A program made the translations under genes and the position numbers. A DNA stretch of 64,000 bases. It comes from Perkinsus olseni (lineage: Eukaryota). Position 1 is the first letter of the stretch, and every line of letters starts with the position of its first letter. The DNA lies in the NCBI GenBank assembly GCA_013115125.1, contig JABANN010000101.1, positions 1 to 64,000 on the forward strand, in the 5' to 3' direction. The notes beneath the pieces were generated by a model that saw nothing but the letters and a program-made list of their open reading frames with translations, was not told the origin of the DNA and made no database searches. Positions 1-12,118 of the stretch are shown one piece after another.

Positions 1-322
1 GGTTATATGTAGACAACTGAGGCGCGCGCCAACTACCGTGCGCTGCCCCCTCGAACCAGCGGTTCGTCACAACAGATGTATGGTAACCGCGACAAGGGCA
101 ATGCTGATTTTTGTGCGCCAAGGCTTTAAAAATGAAGGTCCTGGGGATTGAACCGGAGACCATTCACGAGGTGAAGGAAAGGATGCTCCGCTGGGTGAAC
201 ATATGTGATTCCACGTCCCGAGATTGTTGATGTACTGAGCCGGCCTAACACTGCTTGTGCCGTCCATAACGTGTTAGTCGATTTCATAACTGATTCATCC
301 ATAATTCAATCGAAGGCCACCA

Positions 323-3300
323 TGATGTCTAGTAGTACTGAACTCGCGCCACCAGATCCGGAGATATGGTCACGAGCTCGGCAGTTCTTGACTCGTCTAG
401 AGTCGGCTGATGCTCGAGAGCAAGTGGGAGAATCGACACTTCCACTGCACGCATCAGCCTTCCTTTCAGGACGATCTATTGGTGCCCTCTGCTGAGAGCC
501 TGTCCTCAACACTGCAGGCCGAGGGCCAGGGGTAACAAGAGTCGCGTTTCGCTGTGTTCGTGGTGGCGGACTACCGTCATTTTCGCGGGCCTGCTAATCA
601 CCAGTGGGGAGCCCTGTCTTTCAGGTTGTCGAGTCTAGTGAAGATTATAAAGCTCCAAAAGGAAAGGATAGCCTCCCTCCAAGTGCTTGCAATTGCTCGC
701 TCGTTACTTGCTCGTTATTTCTCGTCGATAGGCCTCTCTCGAAGGGCGCTCTAGCATTGATAGTCGGCATCAATCCGGTGGGGATGGCGCCCTCATACAC
801 GAAGTAAGGTATCTCTCAGGGGTAGTGCACCGTGTTTCAACGTAGTTGCGTACCGAGCTGTCAAAGGCGCGTGAAGAGGTGGTCTCCTTACACGAGCACA
901 TCAGGCAGGCTAGGGAGATGAAGGTGGAAGCAGTTCCACTGTTCGAGTAGCTATTTAGAGCCTCTAGGAAACGGAAGAACGACTCGGCTTGCATATCGTC
1001 CGAGCCATGATGGACGAAGTAGGAGGAGAGTCTTCTCGAGAGATCACCGACTCCGAGGACTGCCTGTTCACGGCTCGACTGTTCACCAGGCAGAGGTCTC
1101 TGTTAGTCTCGGCGCTGAGAGTGGCTGATGAGTAGTAATGGGAGAACGAGAGGGTCGCTGGTTTTCACTTGGTTCTGGCCTGCCTATGAGTTGTCTAGCG
1201 AAGGTGAGTGTTTCATCCCTCTGTATCAGCGAGAGTTTCTCCTCACCTCATACCCTGCAAGAACTAGTACCGGGGGGCAGGGTATATTGACACCTCAACC
1301 CTTGTGACGGTTATTAACAGCAGTCGCACAGGTTACGAGAAGACAACGTGAAGCTATCGCTGCAGCTGTCCAACATTCGAGGTCGGCTAGAGCGTTTGGG
1401 AGGGGAGGCCGCCGTCAAGGGTCTATCGGCTGCCGTGCAAGCTAGAGATCGCCAGATTGCTGAGAAGGACGTGGGCCGTTATAATCACCACTGAAGTGAA
1501 TATAGTGGTTAAATCAGGCTAAGATAGCAGACCTCAGCGCACGCCTCGAGGCCATAGGGAAGCAGGCGGCCGAGGAGGGCAGCAACACCAGCTTGGAGTC
1601 GTCTATGATATCGGAGCGAACCAATCTTGAGGCATCTGATAGTGAGAGAGCCCTACTAGTCGATACACAAGGTGTGAGAGAACGCTGCGCCATGCATCGA
1701 CTTCGAGGCTCTTCAGAGACGGGTTTATCGGTAGTCGCGGGACCACATGATGGAGGCCACATCCGCGACCATGATGTGGATGGAAATAAGGTTGTAGCTG
1801 CGAAGGGCGTCCGCGCGATTGCGTGAGGTAGTGGCTGTTTAGGAGCAGCCTGGCACGCGGGAGGTGATAGAGAGATGCTCAGCCGTAACGGAGTCGGAAG
1901 ACTCCCAGTCGCCTGTACACGCCCCCACCGCTGAGACGGCGAGGGTAGTAGCCTCAGGCGACTCGGCTCTGACTATGATTGTGAGCTCAGGGCCAAGATC
2001 GGCATGTCCGGGGCGAGGCTATCGTCCCGCCGCCGGCACCGCTGCTCACTGGAAGGGACCTTGATGTCACTGATGTGTCGATGGAGGTCGTTGAAGGTGC
2101 CACGACAGTCCGCAATAGCACGGTTATGGCTAGTGAAGCGAATCGTGGGCTCCAAAGGGCTACTCCCACCTCAAAGTAGAACTGATAACGACGGGTTGGT
2201 TCTCCTGTGGATGCACATTCATCAGAGCTATGCCTGAGACGGCGGTAGTGGCCGTGTCTACTCCCGGGCGAGTCAGTAATGCGACTAAACTATCGCTCAG
2301 CGCTACTACTTTCAATGGGGTTAAACGCCGCGCCACGACCAACGTGAAGCTGCGAAATCCTCGATTGGACTTGGCTTCTGTGGCAGCTTCGACTGATACT
2401 AAAGTAGGGCGGTCGGATGCAACCCGAATGACTGATCCCTTCTGTGTAACAGCTGCCTGCTTCCCGACATCCCGCAGCTCCAGCGTGTGATGATGGGTTC
2501 GCTGGGGTGCCCTCCTTACCGCAGTCTGGGGATCTACTACGAGGTACGTATGCCACGAGCAATAGACGACGGTAGCTTTACGATCGTCTCAGCGTGGCAT
2601 CCGAATAGCGGCAGCTTCCCCGGATACGACAGCCCCAGTGTGTGGTCACCTCAGCAGCCCCCGATGGTCCAAAGGCATTATAGCGCGAACGCTACCTCAA
2701 CTGCAGGGGGGCGAAGGAAGCTAGTACTGCAGCGGATCATGACAGCGCACCTCCCCTTCTTTTACCATCAGATTGCTAGGCAGCTGTCCGGTACGCCGAT
2801 CCTCACTGCGGACCTACCGAGGCGGGACACTCCTGATGCTCATGTAAGAGCATTGTGGTGGCTTGCTGGGCCTCAGTGCTCGCCTTCAGTCATTGCAAGC
2901 CGGCATGGTCCGCCCGCCCCCTGCCCTCTCATCCCATATACCCCGCCCGCCACAATTCATGAACCTAGGCGCCCTCAGTCACAGGTCGACTGTAGCGAGC
3001 ACTACCACCACTAGTAGACAGTCCTCAGCAGCCCAGTAAGGGAGGCCCTTGTTCATGATAAGCTGAGCTTTGTCAGGTTTGTACCGCTCGTCGGCAGTCC
3101 AGTGACCACCGAGCAGGCCTCCTTCTTAGGGATCTCCCCTGGTGGCGGTAGAGTTACCCCTGGCAGTAGCGGCCTGCGAATGGTCAATAATACCCCGATA
3201 CCACAACTTCCCCTACACAAGGCTGCCAACTATACCGTTGGCCTGCCGCTCTGGTCGGCGGCCAGCTCGGGACAACGCGGGAACGGCCTGCCGGTGTTGG

Positions 3301-3329
3301 GCCAGGGGGTGATGCGATCTGCACGGTGA
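323..3329 (+). CDS. Multi-exon hypothetical coiled-coil protein (3' end uncertain; may be more than one gene)
   Basis: Exons joined by short GT-AG introns read MMSSSTELAPPDPEIWSRARQFLTRLESADAREQ / LSSLVKIIKLQKERIASLQ / LRTELSKAREEVVSLHEHIRQAREMK / QLSNIRGRLERLGGEAAVKGLSAAVQARDRQIAEKD / AKIADLSARLEAIGKQ, then low-complexity S/P/T-rich ORFs to about 3329. No family recognised. Confidence 0.4.
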
Positions 3330-3556
3330 GGGCGGCGACCTTCATGCACCGAGCTCGCCCAGATTTTCATGATCTACGGGCTGTGTTGAGTTCTCAACCT
3401 GGACCACGCATTTTTGGTATGTGCTTTTGTCCCCATGCCTTTAAGCGTCGTTTCGCACTACCGAGTGTTGGCACAGACCCTTCACGGCACAGGGGGCGTG
3501 GAGACGGACGCCGCTCTGATGAGCTTCCAAATCCTCACTGAAAAGTACTGCATAGA

Positions 3557-4586
3557 ATGGTAGCTCTGTTGCTTCAGTGTCCACTTGGCAGTTTTAATCG
3601 GCTGGGCCCCTCTCTGGCATGTGATGTTATCTATCGACTGTCGAGGTGCGGCACCAGGCGAGAGGATCTACCTAGGATTACCAAGAAGTTCATCAACGTC
3701 ACATCTAGTAGTGACGGGTAGCGACTTACGGGTGATAGAGGCCCCCTTCCTTGTCGTGAAGAAGTAATTTATCCTCGTCGGTCGTTTCACGTTGAGTGAT
3801 AGGCTACTCTGTTCCTCGATATCTCAGCTGATCATGATGTAGATTGCTAGTGCCCCAGTGAGCCAACTTCATGGAGTGTACTACCTCCGAGGTCGCGTTG
3901 GTCTAGTCAAGTGAATGAGTTCGCGACCGAAGGCACCTTCCATCTCAGCCGAGCTTCCTCTTCATATCGATCTAGTACCCGCCCCCGACGCGGTGAAGGC
4001 TGTGCAGGGCTTCTGGGACCTGGGCCACAAGACTGTGGCTAAGCGAGTACTAGTCTGTCGTAGTTCAGCGTGGCATTCCTCTCTTAGCTGCTCAGCAACC
4101 TCCAGACGTACTGGCTTGAGCCCCTCACTGAGAAGGTGCAGCGTACGCCCTTCAACACGCCACACAAGCAGTACGGAGGTGATTGCCTTATGGGCGGTTT
4201 TACTGTTCTCCTGGTCACCGGGACCTGGTCACTGATTGTTGACTCTGAGCTTTCCTGCACGGTCGCGCCGTTTGTTTCGTGCTTGATCCGTCTCACCGCC
4301 TCGCTTCGGTCACAGGCTGCCCGGTTCAGATTTGTACAAACGACGAGCTCAAGCCGAAGATACTCTCGTGCTTTCATGCCCCACGCTATCGCAAATGTAC
4401 ATTGATGACCTGAGAGCTCTCTGGAGGGTTGTGGACACCATAGTCGCCGAGGCTGGTGATGAGGTACTGAGCGATCGACAGTTTGTCACCAATGTATGTA
4501 TCGCCCTCAGCCAATCCCTGAGGGCACTGTGGAGATCATTCGTCATGAGCTACACCCGCTTCGACGTGTGCTTCGCAAATTTATAG
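3557..4586 (+). CDS. Multi-exon hypothetical protein
   Basis: ATG at 3557; protein-like exons (VPAPDAVKAVQGFWDLGHKTVAKR, LLSNLQTYWLEPLTEKVQRTP, ...YIDDLRALWRVVDTIVAEAGDEVLSDRQFVTNVCIALSQSLRALWRSF...ANL*) separated by short GT-AG gaps. No family recognised. Confidence 0.4.
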
Positions 4587-4717
4587 CGGACAGGAAGAAG
4601 AATTCTAAATGACAGTTTCAGCACGATCGTTTCTGTACCGGGATGCTGTTGAGTTCGGATTGGCGGGAGGCGGAGCGAAGCTGCTAGTGGTGGTGATATT
4701 TAGTTTCTGTCCGCTTG

Positions 4718-6330
4718 ATGCCAGCTCCTCCCCGGGAAGGTGGCGGATACAGCAAGCTGAGTGCACCAGGGCGGAGCGAAGCGGCGAATGTTCCTTACAC
4801 GGAATCAACTTTCCAAGATCTTCCGAAGGCCCCGACGGCAGCTCTCGAGGGATCGGCCCGAAGGACCAGGCAGGCAGCTCCACGCCACGGGGACCGCAAA
4901 CGGAGTTCATTGTCGATGAGCATCATGCATTTGGGCAAGTGGGGCCTGATGGTGGTCTTCGTGCTCATCCGCGCAGCGCATACGATGACTATGGAGGCAT
5001 CCAAGGTCGATGGACGGTAAGAATCCTCAATGTAGCCCAAGCATCTTCTTGCGCGATGCCAGGTTCCTATACAACAAAGCAACACCTGTTGTAGTAGAGT
5101 GTGTCATTACCTTTGTAGTGGGGCTCTACATGGCCTACAGTCTTGAGGGGCCGGACTGGCTGCGGAAATGTCTCGCGCCGGAGTCCTTCAAGGTACGCTG
5201 GGCCGCACTTACCGTGAGGCATTCGGTCATCCTTGCAGGTTTTTTCCCTTATCGGTGCCTTGTTCGCCATCGGTGACATACTGGAGATGCAGTCTATGTC
5301 GGCGATGGACGGAGCGGTCTACCAGGTGCTTGGCCAGTCCAAGCTCATCGTAACAGCAGTAACGCTATGGGCTATCAAAGGGCAAGGCCAGACGGCCCTG
5401 GAGTGGGTGGTAAGCAGGGGGTAGCGTAGACTCTCTTAAAGGGCTCGAGTGCCTGGAGTGTTGCTACCAGGTACTAGCCTTGATCGTGGCATCTATGAGC
5501 GCTTTCGTCATTGAGGACCACAACAGCGGCAATCTCCCAGCCGCTGCCGTGTACGACTCGCAGCCACAACAGAGCTTTGTTCGCAAACTCTTGGGTATAG
5601 GATACGTCATGTCTAAGGTGAGTAGTGGGCACCACTGTCCACCAACATCGCTTTTCCCGATACTGGAGGCCTTGATGATGTCCCTCAGGTCACTATATCA
5701 TGCGTGTGTGCAGTCCTCGCCGACAAGTATATGAAAAAGTTCTCCGACGTTCCCTTCTACATCCAGATGGCACAATACAAGATTGCTTGGTTCGCCACTT
5801 GTTTCGTTCTAGCCTATGCTCTCGATAGGGAGGTGCCAGCCTGACCACCAGTCTCGCTGTTGCATTTTCCAGCTTTGTTCTTCTCAGGGAGAGATGACTC
5901 AGTTTGGTTTCTTCCACGGTTGGACTCTGTCGACCTGGGCAGTCGCCGTGAGTTTCACCATCAAGGGTTGGTGTACGATGTACCTCTTACGAAGCCTCGA
6001 TTCTGTTCTCAAAAATATCGGAGAGGCCCTTGCGGTAAGTCAGCATTCCCGACTGGATGACCACCCTCGGGCTCACCTCAGGTCATCGCAGTGTACTTGT
6101 TCTCTATTTTGCTGTGGGGAAGGGCATTCGACGCCGCGGCCTTCCTGAGCATGTCCGCTGTCGTACTCGCCGTGGTCACCTACACTTTGGTGGTCAGACT
6201 GGAGACGAAGAACAAACGTTTGATGTTTATGTTGGTGGAGATACAGGATGATGTTCCCTATGTGCCAACCTCCTCTCCCCCGGGGGATGCACGGGCTGCT
6301 CTGTCCTCATCGCCAGAAACCAACCATTGA
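4718..6330 (+). CDS. Nucleotide-sugar transporter (SLC35A / CMP-sialic acid or UDP-galactose transporter family), multi-exon
   Basis: Multiple transmembrane exons with family-typical segments: YQVLGQSKLIVTA, CVCAVLADKYMKK, FFHGWT, YLLRSLDSVLKNIGEALA. Stop at 6330. Confidence 0.85.
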
Positions 6331-6483
6331 TTCGTCCGTTAATAGATGTATGACAGGAGCAGCAGCAGTAGTAGTAGCATTCCCACTATTGATAACAGTT
6401 TCTAAGAGTGCCTCGACGAGGCAGGCTGCCTTGCCTTGGGTAGAAGTGCACGCTGCGGTTCGGTTGAAGGCCTTTTCTTTTCA

Positions 6484-7135
6484 ATGCTTCCGCCTCCTTC
6501 GACGGCCTTGCCTCATCTGCCAGCCTCCCAAAGGATCCTAGCTGAATCGGGGTACGTCAGTCGACCAGCAGAGGTGGCCGTCGGCAAGGACCCTCTTTTG
6601 TATGGCCGTCCCCGGAGGCCCTTCGCTCAGCTCGCTCAACACTTTAAGGAGCTCTATATGGCCGTGCCTGAGCACCAAGGCGGTCACAGGTCACCAGTGC
6701 CCAATGCCACGCCTGAGGGTTCAGTAGCGTCTGTCACGGGGATTAATCGAGTCGAGGAATCCGACGCTGGTCATGATGCGCGACAGGCTCAGCTTTTGGA
6801 CGCCTCCCTCATCGCCATCATAAGCACAGACATTCCGTGGCCGCTCTTTCCGTCTCTACGTTGTGCCCTCAGTCCGGGCGGGTGCCTGACGGTTCAGCTC
6901 GGTGGCTTGAAGCCGCCCTTGCTAGCGTACCAGCTGCCCGCCAGTGGTGTTGACTACACCGCTGGTCGATCGCATATTGAGCTACAGCCCTTCAAACTGG
7001 AGGGTGTGACTTACGTTAGAGTGATGGTGTATTTCTCCTATACCCATGCTTGACCCTGTCCCCTAACACTCCTAGGTAGATGAAGAGTTCACAGTCTGGC
7101 CAATCATCATGCTATCTAGTTGTAGCGTATCCTGA
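6484..7135 (+). CDS. Hypothetical protein (long first exon plus short final exon)
   Basis: Open frame from ATG 6484 (MLPPPSTALPHL...) to a GT donor at about 7021; final exon VDEEFTVWPIIMLSSCSVS*. Confidence 0.45.
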
Positions 7136-7383
7136 GGCATCCTCGCTCGCTGTAGGGTACATATCTGAAACCGCTAGGAACTCAGCGGCGCGCTTCGAGG
7201 GGCCGTGCTCGCGCTTACGGTAGAGTGATCTTTCGCTATTAGTAGCTCATGAAGGGCTTTCATCCAAGGTTCGAGGGCGTCCTCTCTGAGCATGATTGGC
7301 GTTGGTTCCCCGGATGCCATCGGCCGCTACTTTGGGGCTCTGCGAGGGCCATTGTGCAGTACATTACATCCCCGTCGTCTTTA

Positions 7384-9017
7384 ATGGTTCGTCCAAATCT
7401 CGTTCTATTCGTCACCATCTTTCTCTCTGCCAACCATCCTGTCACAGCTACTGGACAAAATTCATGCCCTGAGACTGTAGCGTCACCGGTTTCCCCCCTC
7501 ATCGAGCCTTAAGTTTCAGACGCCCCCGCCAGCCCAAGTTGACTGTTCCCAGGCAAAGCTGGGCTTCTTTACTTGGCCGCAGAGCATATGGATGGATCCT
7601 ACCAACACCGAGTTCATAGTGAAATGCTCACCATGATCGACTCGATAAGATGTAGCGAGCCCTCAGGATTTCGCGGCGCACCCGGCGGTGCGCAGCCTGA
7701 GCTGCGGTGGTGACTTCTGGTTCAACGTCGGAGACTACTCGAGTGCCGCGGAGATCAAGGACAGCTACAGGCTCCTCCCTTTCATGCGCGATCTCCGAGC
7801 ATCCGTACGTCCTGGTGAGATACTAAGCACTTATTACTGTCACCACGGACTCCCCCTCTAGATACCCAACGCAGTGGCCGTGGGGTTATTTATCTCACCT
7901 ACGGCGATACCACCGCCCATGATGAGCTGGCGCTGGTGAGTGCCACCCTCACCACTATGGCTGTCGGAGGTCTTTCTTCCGCAGCTCCAATTCATAGACA
8001 CCTTCTTCGAGTGGTTGCTGTCTTTGAGTAAGGCAGAGATCCTGGAGATTGCCCCGATCGGTATCTCGCTCGATGTTGAAGGCAGCCCTCCAGAGATGGT
8101 CTTCAACTCTCTTGTTAAACTACGGTGAGCTACTCGTGTGGAAGCCTCGTCAGTGTTGATGGCATTCTACGCAGAGCTTACAAGCACACCTATCTCGCTG
8201 AGATACCGGAGGAGGCATTCCTCATCCAACACGTTGTAGCCGGCTTCCCCAGTCCTCAAGGCACCAAGTATCCCCTCCGTTATGACCAGCGCTCATATGC
8301 CCCGTTGTAGGTATATCATGGAGCTGGCTGACAGCGCTGTTTATCTCGTATACCGCTCTTACATGTACGACACTAGTAGCGGGATGAACTTGTCTCCAGG
8401 TCAAGCGCGCAGCTGTTCCGGATGCCCCTTCGGGAGTGCATCCTTCTCAGCCAACAATATCCTCGTGCGGTTCCGTTGGTTCATCATGGAGCAGTGTGAA
8501 GACTGCCTCTCTCCGGGATACCAACCGCGCGCCAGAGTAACCGTACTGGTTGAATCTGACTGTAGCGACCACTGACTTTAAGGGCGGTAGGACGGCCCCG
8601 CTTGTCAGGCAATTTGTACGCCTACTGCGGTCGCCTCTCCTTCTGCGCCCAGAGTGCTGGTGGGATCACCAATGTCGTGGATACCCTTAAGATATTCTGG
8701 AGTGAGCTCACGATATCCGGCTTGCTCACCCAGGAGAGGTACGCGGTCTAGTGGGCCCTGTTGGTCACGCATCAGTGGTGAGCTTCCCCCATGTATGCAC
8801 GTCCATTGGTCTCAGGTTCGATGCACTCATGAACAAGGACTCCCCCTATGGTATACACAACTGGTGGGGGCGTGCATCTCTTCCATTCGCCATCGGGCAC
8901 TACCTCTCAGGATTTGGTCTCGCTGCCTCTTCCCTCCGACCGTGTCCGGAAACTTCTCTGACTGCGGAAGCAACTTCGAGGCGCTCGCGGAGGGATGCCG
9001 CGGCCGAGCTAACCTAG
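7384..9017 (+). CDS. Multi-exon putative secreted protein of unknown family
   Basis: Signal-peptide-like start MVRPNLVLFVTIFLSA. Exons include GGDFWFNVGDYSSAAEIKDSY, FIDTFFEWLLSL...GISLDVEG, YIMELADSAVYLVYRSY, RFRWFIMEQCEDCL...VTVLVESDC and FDALMNKDSPYGIHNW. 3' end uncertain. Confidence 0.55.
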
Positions 9018-9472
9018 CAGGCTGATCGCTACGCTGCTCGTTCGAAGCTCCACATTCACCCTTCTTTTGGTCACACTTCCGTCCGTCGCAGAGATGGCTC
9101 TGGTCTGTCACTAACGCATTTCTGTCTCCATCATCATGACATTCATTATTCAATAAGATAGTGCCACTATCATCGCAGTCATTGTCAGTACATGGCCCGC
9201 CATAGCTCACCATGGGGAGTTTCCCAGCATCGCCTCGTGGTTGTGTTCGCCGGGGGTCGGCAGGCTCTCTGCGAGGGCTACGAACAGATCGGAAGAGGCA
9301 TCGGGAGCTCCATTCCCTCTCTCATAAAGCGTAGATGAGGCTGATTGTTCTGCATTTCTCCAGCGCAGTAGTTAATTGGAGGATGCTCGTGGTTGTCAGG
9401 TGGATGTGTTTTACGCATGGTCATGTAAGTGACTTCCACTCTCCAGTAGTTTCGCGGATTATTCTCAGTCAC

Positions 9473-10552
9473 ATGACTGTTCGCTGCCGCTCATTGCGTT
9501 CTCTTCCGGCCTCATCATCCTCATCATCAGTCTCTATCTCTGAAGGGAGTACACAAGGAAGCATTAAGGACTTGCTGCCCCCGTCGGTCTCTCAGAACCC
9601 CGACAGCAACGCAGTGTTCTTGAATGTGTACGACTTGGATGAGGGTGTCGTTCGCCTGAACACCTTCATGTCTAGGATCGGCATTGGTGGTGCGTTTCAC
9701 GTGGGAGTGTCTGTGTTCGGCAAGGAGTATTATTACTCCGGTATCGGCCCGCCCAGCGCTCCTGACGATCCTGACACTGACCCCAGTGGTGTCTATTGGC
9801 ACGAGCCAACTCACCACGACGTTCACGTCTATCGCGAGTCAGCATATCTGGGGTCCACTGCCCTCACCGAGCGCCACGTTTATGAGCTCGTTCGCCGCCT
9901 GGGGAAGTTCTGGACAGTCAGCCGCTACGATTTGTTACGGCGAAATTGCTGCCAGTTTGCGGAGGCTCTTGCAGACGGTTTGGGAGTTGGTCCGATCCCC
10001 AAAGGATTTTATGTGCTTTCTCGCCGGCTCTCGGTGGCCGCCGACTCTTTGGGTGGAGCCATTGGTGCTGTTGCTGATGCAGTTGGGTGGGTATCGCAAC
10101 CGACACCCGACAGGCGGACACTTGCCGATCAACAGTTCGCGGATTCTTCCAACTCTTCCGTCGAGGACCCTGTCCTAATTGTGAATGTCATCGTGCCTCA
10201 CTCAGCTAAGGCACCGAACGGCATAGAGCCCATCGTTCTCTCGCAAGGCGAGTCGACTTTCGGCCGCATCAATCCCAAGCAACTGCACAACTTTCATGTT
10301 GTCGACCATCCGTCGATCTCGAGAACACACGCGCGTATCCGTCTCTCAGGGGAGACTATTACGGTTACCGACCTCGGCTCTGTCAATGGCACCCGAGTTG
10401 TCTGCCCTTGGCCGGGCCAACGAGGACCTCAGCTGCTTTCACCGCGGCGGCCACGAAAACTGAACCTTCACTTGGACGAGTTCGTCGTGATGGGTGCTGT
10501 GTCATTACATTTGCGTCTGTCTTATCAGAAGCCCACCACGCCAACTCGTTAA
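9473..10552 (+). CDS. PPPDE/DeSI-family peptidase fused to a C-terminal FHA domain (intronless)
   Basis: PPPDE motifs VFLNVYDL, AFHVGVSVFGKEY (catalytic His) and YDLLRRNCCQFA (catalytic Cys). FHA motifs FGR, HPSISRTHARI and DLGSVNGT. Confidence 0.85.
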   Translation: MTVRCRSLRSLPASSSSSSVSISEGSTQGSIKDLLPPSVSQNPDSNAVFLNVYDLDEGVVRLNTFMSRIGIGGAFHVGVSVFGKEYYYSGIGPPSAPDDPDTDPSGVYWHEPTHHDVHVYRESAYLGSTALTERHVYELVRRLGKFWTVSRYDLLRRNCCQFAEALADGLGVGPIPKGFYVLSRRLSVAADSLGGAIGAVADAVGWVSQPTPDRRTLADQQFADSSNSSVEDPVLIVNVIVPHSAKAPNGIEPIVLSQGESTFGRINPKQLHNFHVVDHPSISRTHARIRLSGETITVTDLGSVNGTRVVCPWPGQRGPQLLSPRRPRKLNLHLDEFVVMGAVSLHLRLSYQKPTTPTR

Positions 10553-10709
10553 AGGCTCTCCTGCACGTCCACTTGTTAATGTATGCTTGCCGGTATCATT
10601 ACCCCTTCTTTCTGACTAGCCGCTCGTGGCCTCGTGTTCGAGCTCCTCCTGACTGCCGAGCCGTGCTTACAGCGTTTGCCAGTTGTTCTTTTCCTCTTTT
10701 TGTCCTATC

Positions 10710-11702
10710 ATGTCACAAGTACAGCGCATGAAAGTGATGCAATACAACATTCTCGGCCGCTACTTTGCCTTCTCCAAATACTTCAGCTATGCCTGGCCGT
10801 ACCTCGGTGGTGGTTCGGCAGCTAGAAACTTCTGCCCTGCCGCCAAAGATGCCCCTCAACTCCCCACCTTGCTCGATTGGAAGATGCGACTGCCGATGCT
10901 CGCAAGGACCTGTCTCGAGTCCGACGCCGATATCCTCTGTCTTTGCGAGATGGATTCCTATGAAGATTTTCGTCAGTCTCTAGGGTCTGCCTACGATAGC
11001 TACTTTGCCGCACGGCCGGGAGGACGGGATGATGGTTCTGCTATTTTCTGGAGGAAATCCATCCTCAAGCTGATCAGTGCTGAGACACTCCATTACAGTG
11101 GTGGGAGCGAGCGAGTTGCGGCTATTTGCCGTCTGCAAAATTTGCATGGTCAAAGGTTCACAGTCGTAGGAACCCATCTGTACTGGAAAGGATCCTGTCC
11201 TACACAGAGCAGGGAGGTCGATCAGCTCACGGCCAAGCTTCGCGCTCTGCTCAATCGAGATGAGCCCGTCATTCTCTGTGGCGACTTGAACAACCACCGT
11301 GACAGCGACACCTTCATGCGGATCAGGGGCTGTGGGATGGAGGACTGTTTTACTGCAGGGGGGATAAAACCGCCGAAATATACCAGTTTGGTTCCTCCTT
11401 CCTATGTATTGAGCTCTCGGTCTGGTGACTATCGTTTGCTCCCTGGCCGAGAGGACGAGATTGACTATATTTTTGTAGCCAGTCAGTCTGCCGAGGCCTC
11501 GATCAAAGTGACTGATGCTACCACAGTCGGCTCCGACCACGACGAAAGCGGGAACGGCGTCGTCACTGCAGCAGATTCTCGAGACCCTAGCATACCCGAA
11601 AGGGGAATTCCCAACATGAGTCACGCCAGCGACCATCTTCCCGTGATGTGTGAGGTGGAGCTGACTGGTCCCTCCCAAGGCTCCGTTCTGGGGGGATGTT
11701 AG
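10710..11702 (+). CDS. Endonuclease/exonuclease/phosphatase (EEP) protein, CCR4/nocturnin/Angel-like (intronless)
   Basis: VMQYNIL, DADILCLCEMD, DGSAIFWR, THLYW, VILCGDLN, IDYIF and ASDHLP match the EEP catalytic set. Confidence 0.88.
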   Translation: MSQVQRMKVMQYNILGRYFAFSKYFSYAWPYLGGGSAARNFCPAAKDAPQLPTLLDWKMRLPMLARTCLESDADILCLCEMDSYEDFRQSLGSAYDSYFAARPGGRDDGSAIFWRKSILKLISAETLHYSGGSERVAAICRLQNLHGQRFTVVGTHLYWKGSCPTQSREVDQLTAKLRALLNRDEPVILCGDLNNHRDSDTFMRIRGCGMEDCFTAGGIKPPKYTSLVPPSYVLSSRSGDYRLLPGREDEIDYIFVASQSAEASIKVTDATTVGSDHDESGNGVVTAADSRDPSIPERGIPNMSHASDHLPVMCEVELTGPSQGSVLGGC

Positions 11703-12118
11703 ACGGCACTGGCCGGTTTTTATGTCAAGATTTGAGGACGCCATTGCAGTAGTAGTGTACATTTCTGTTACTATGTCATGCTTGCATTGTTGAGTTCCTA
11801 TTGAATAGAAGGTTAGGGAGATACCATCCTTTGAATGATCCACTGCATCAGACTGGAAATGTCATCGGAACTACATTCCTTAGTAATAGCTCAGGGCCGG
11901 GGCCGATCAACTCACAACATCAGACTCGCGTAATGGAATGACGCGAAATAAGGGAAAATCTGAACCCTTTCACTTTCACGGAACCCGTCCAGCCCCGCGC
12001 CGGTGCGCTCACATCGCACTCGACCGAAGCTCATCAGACATTCATCATAGTTTCTATACTGTTAACTCGAGTTTTGTTGTTGATGATAATCTACAGGCAT
12101 TGACGTGACAATGGCTGA

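Noticed and set aside
554-807. Faint kinesin-like wording (ALIVGINP) in short ORFs
   Set aside because: The spliced reading frame differs, and no P-loop or switch motifs are present.
10980-11843. 287-aa minus-strand ORF
   Set aside because: Antisense shadow of the EEP gene; no recognisable motifs.
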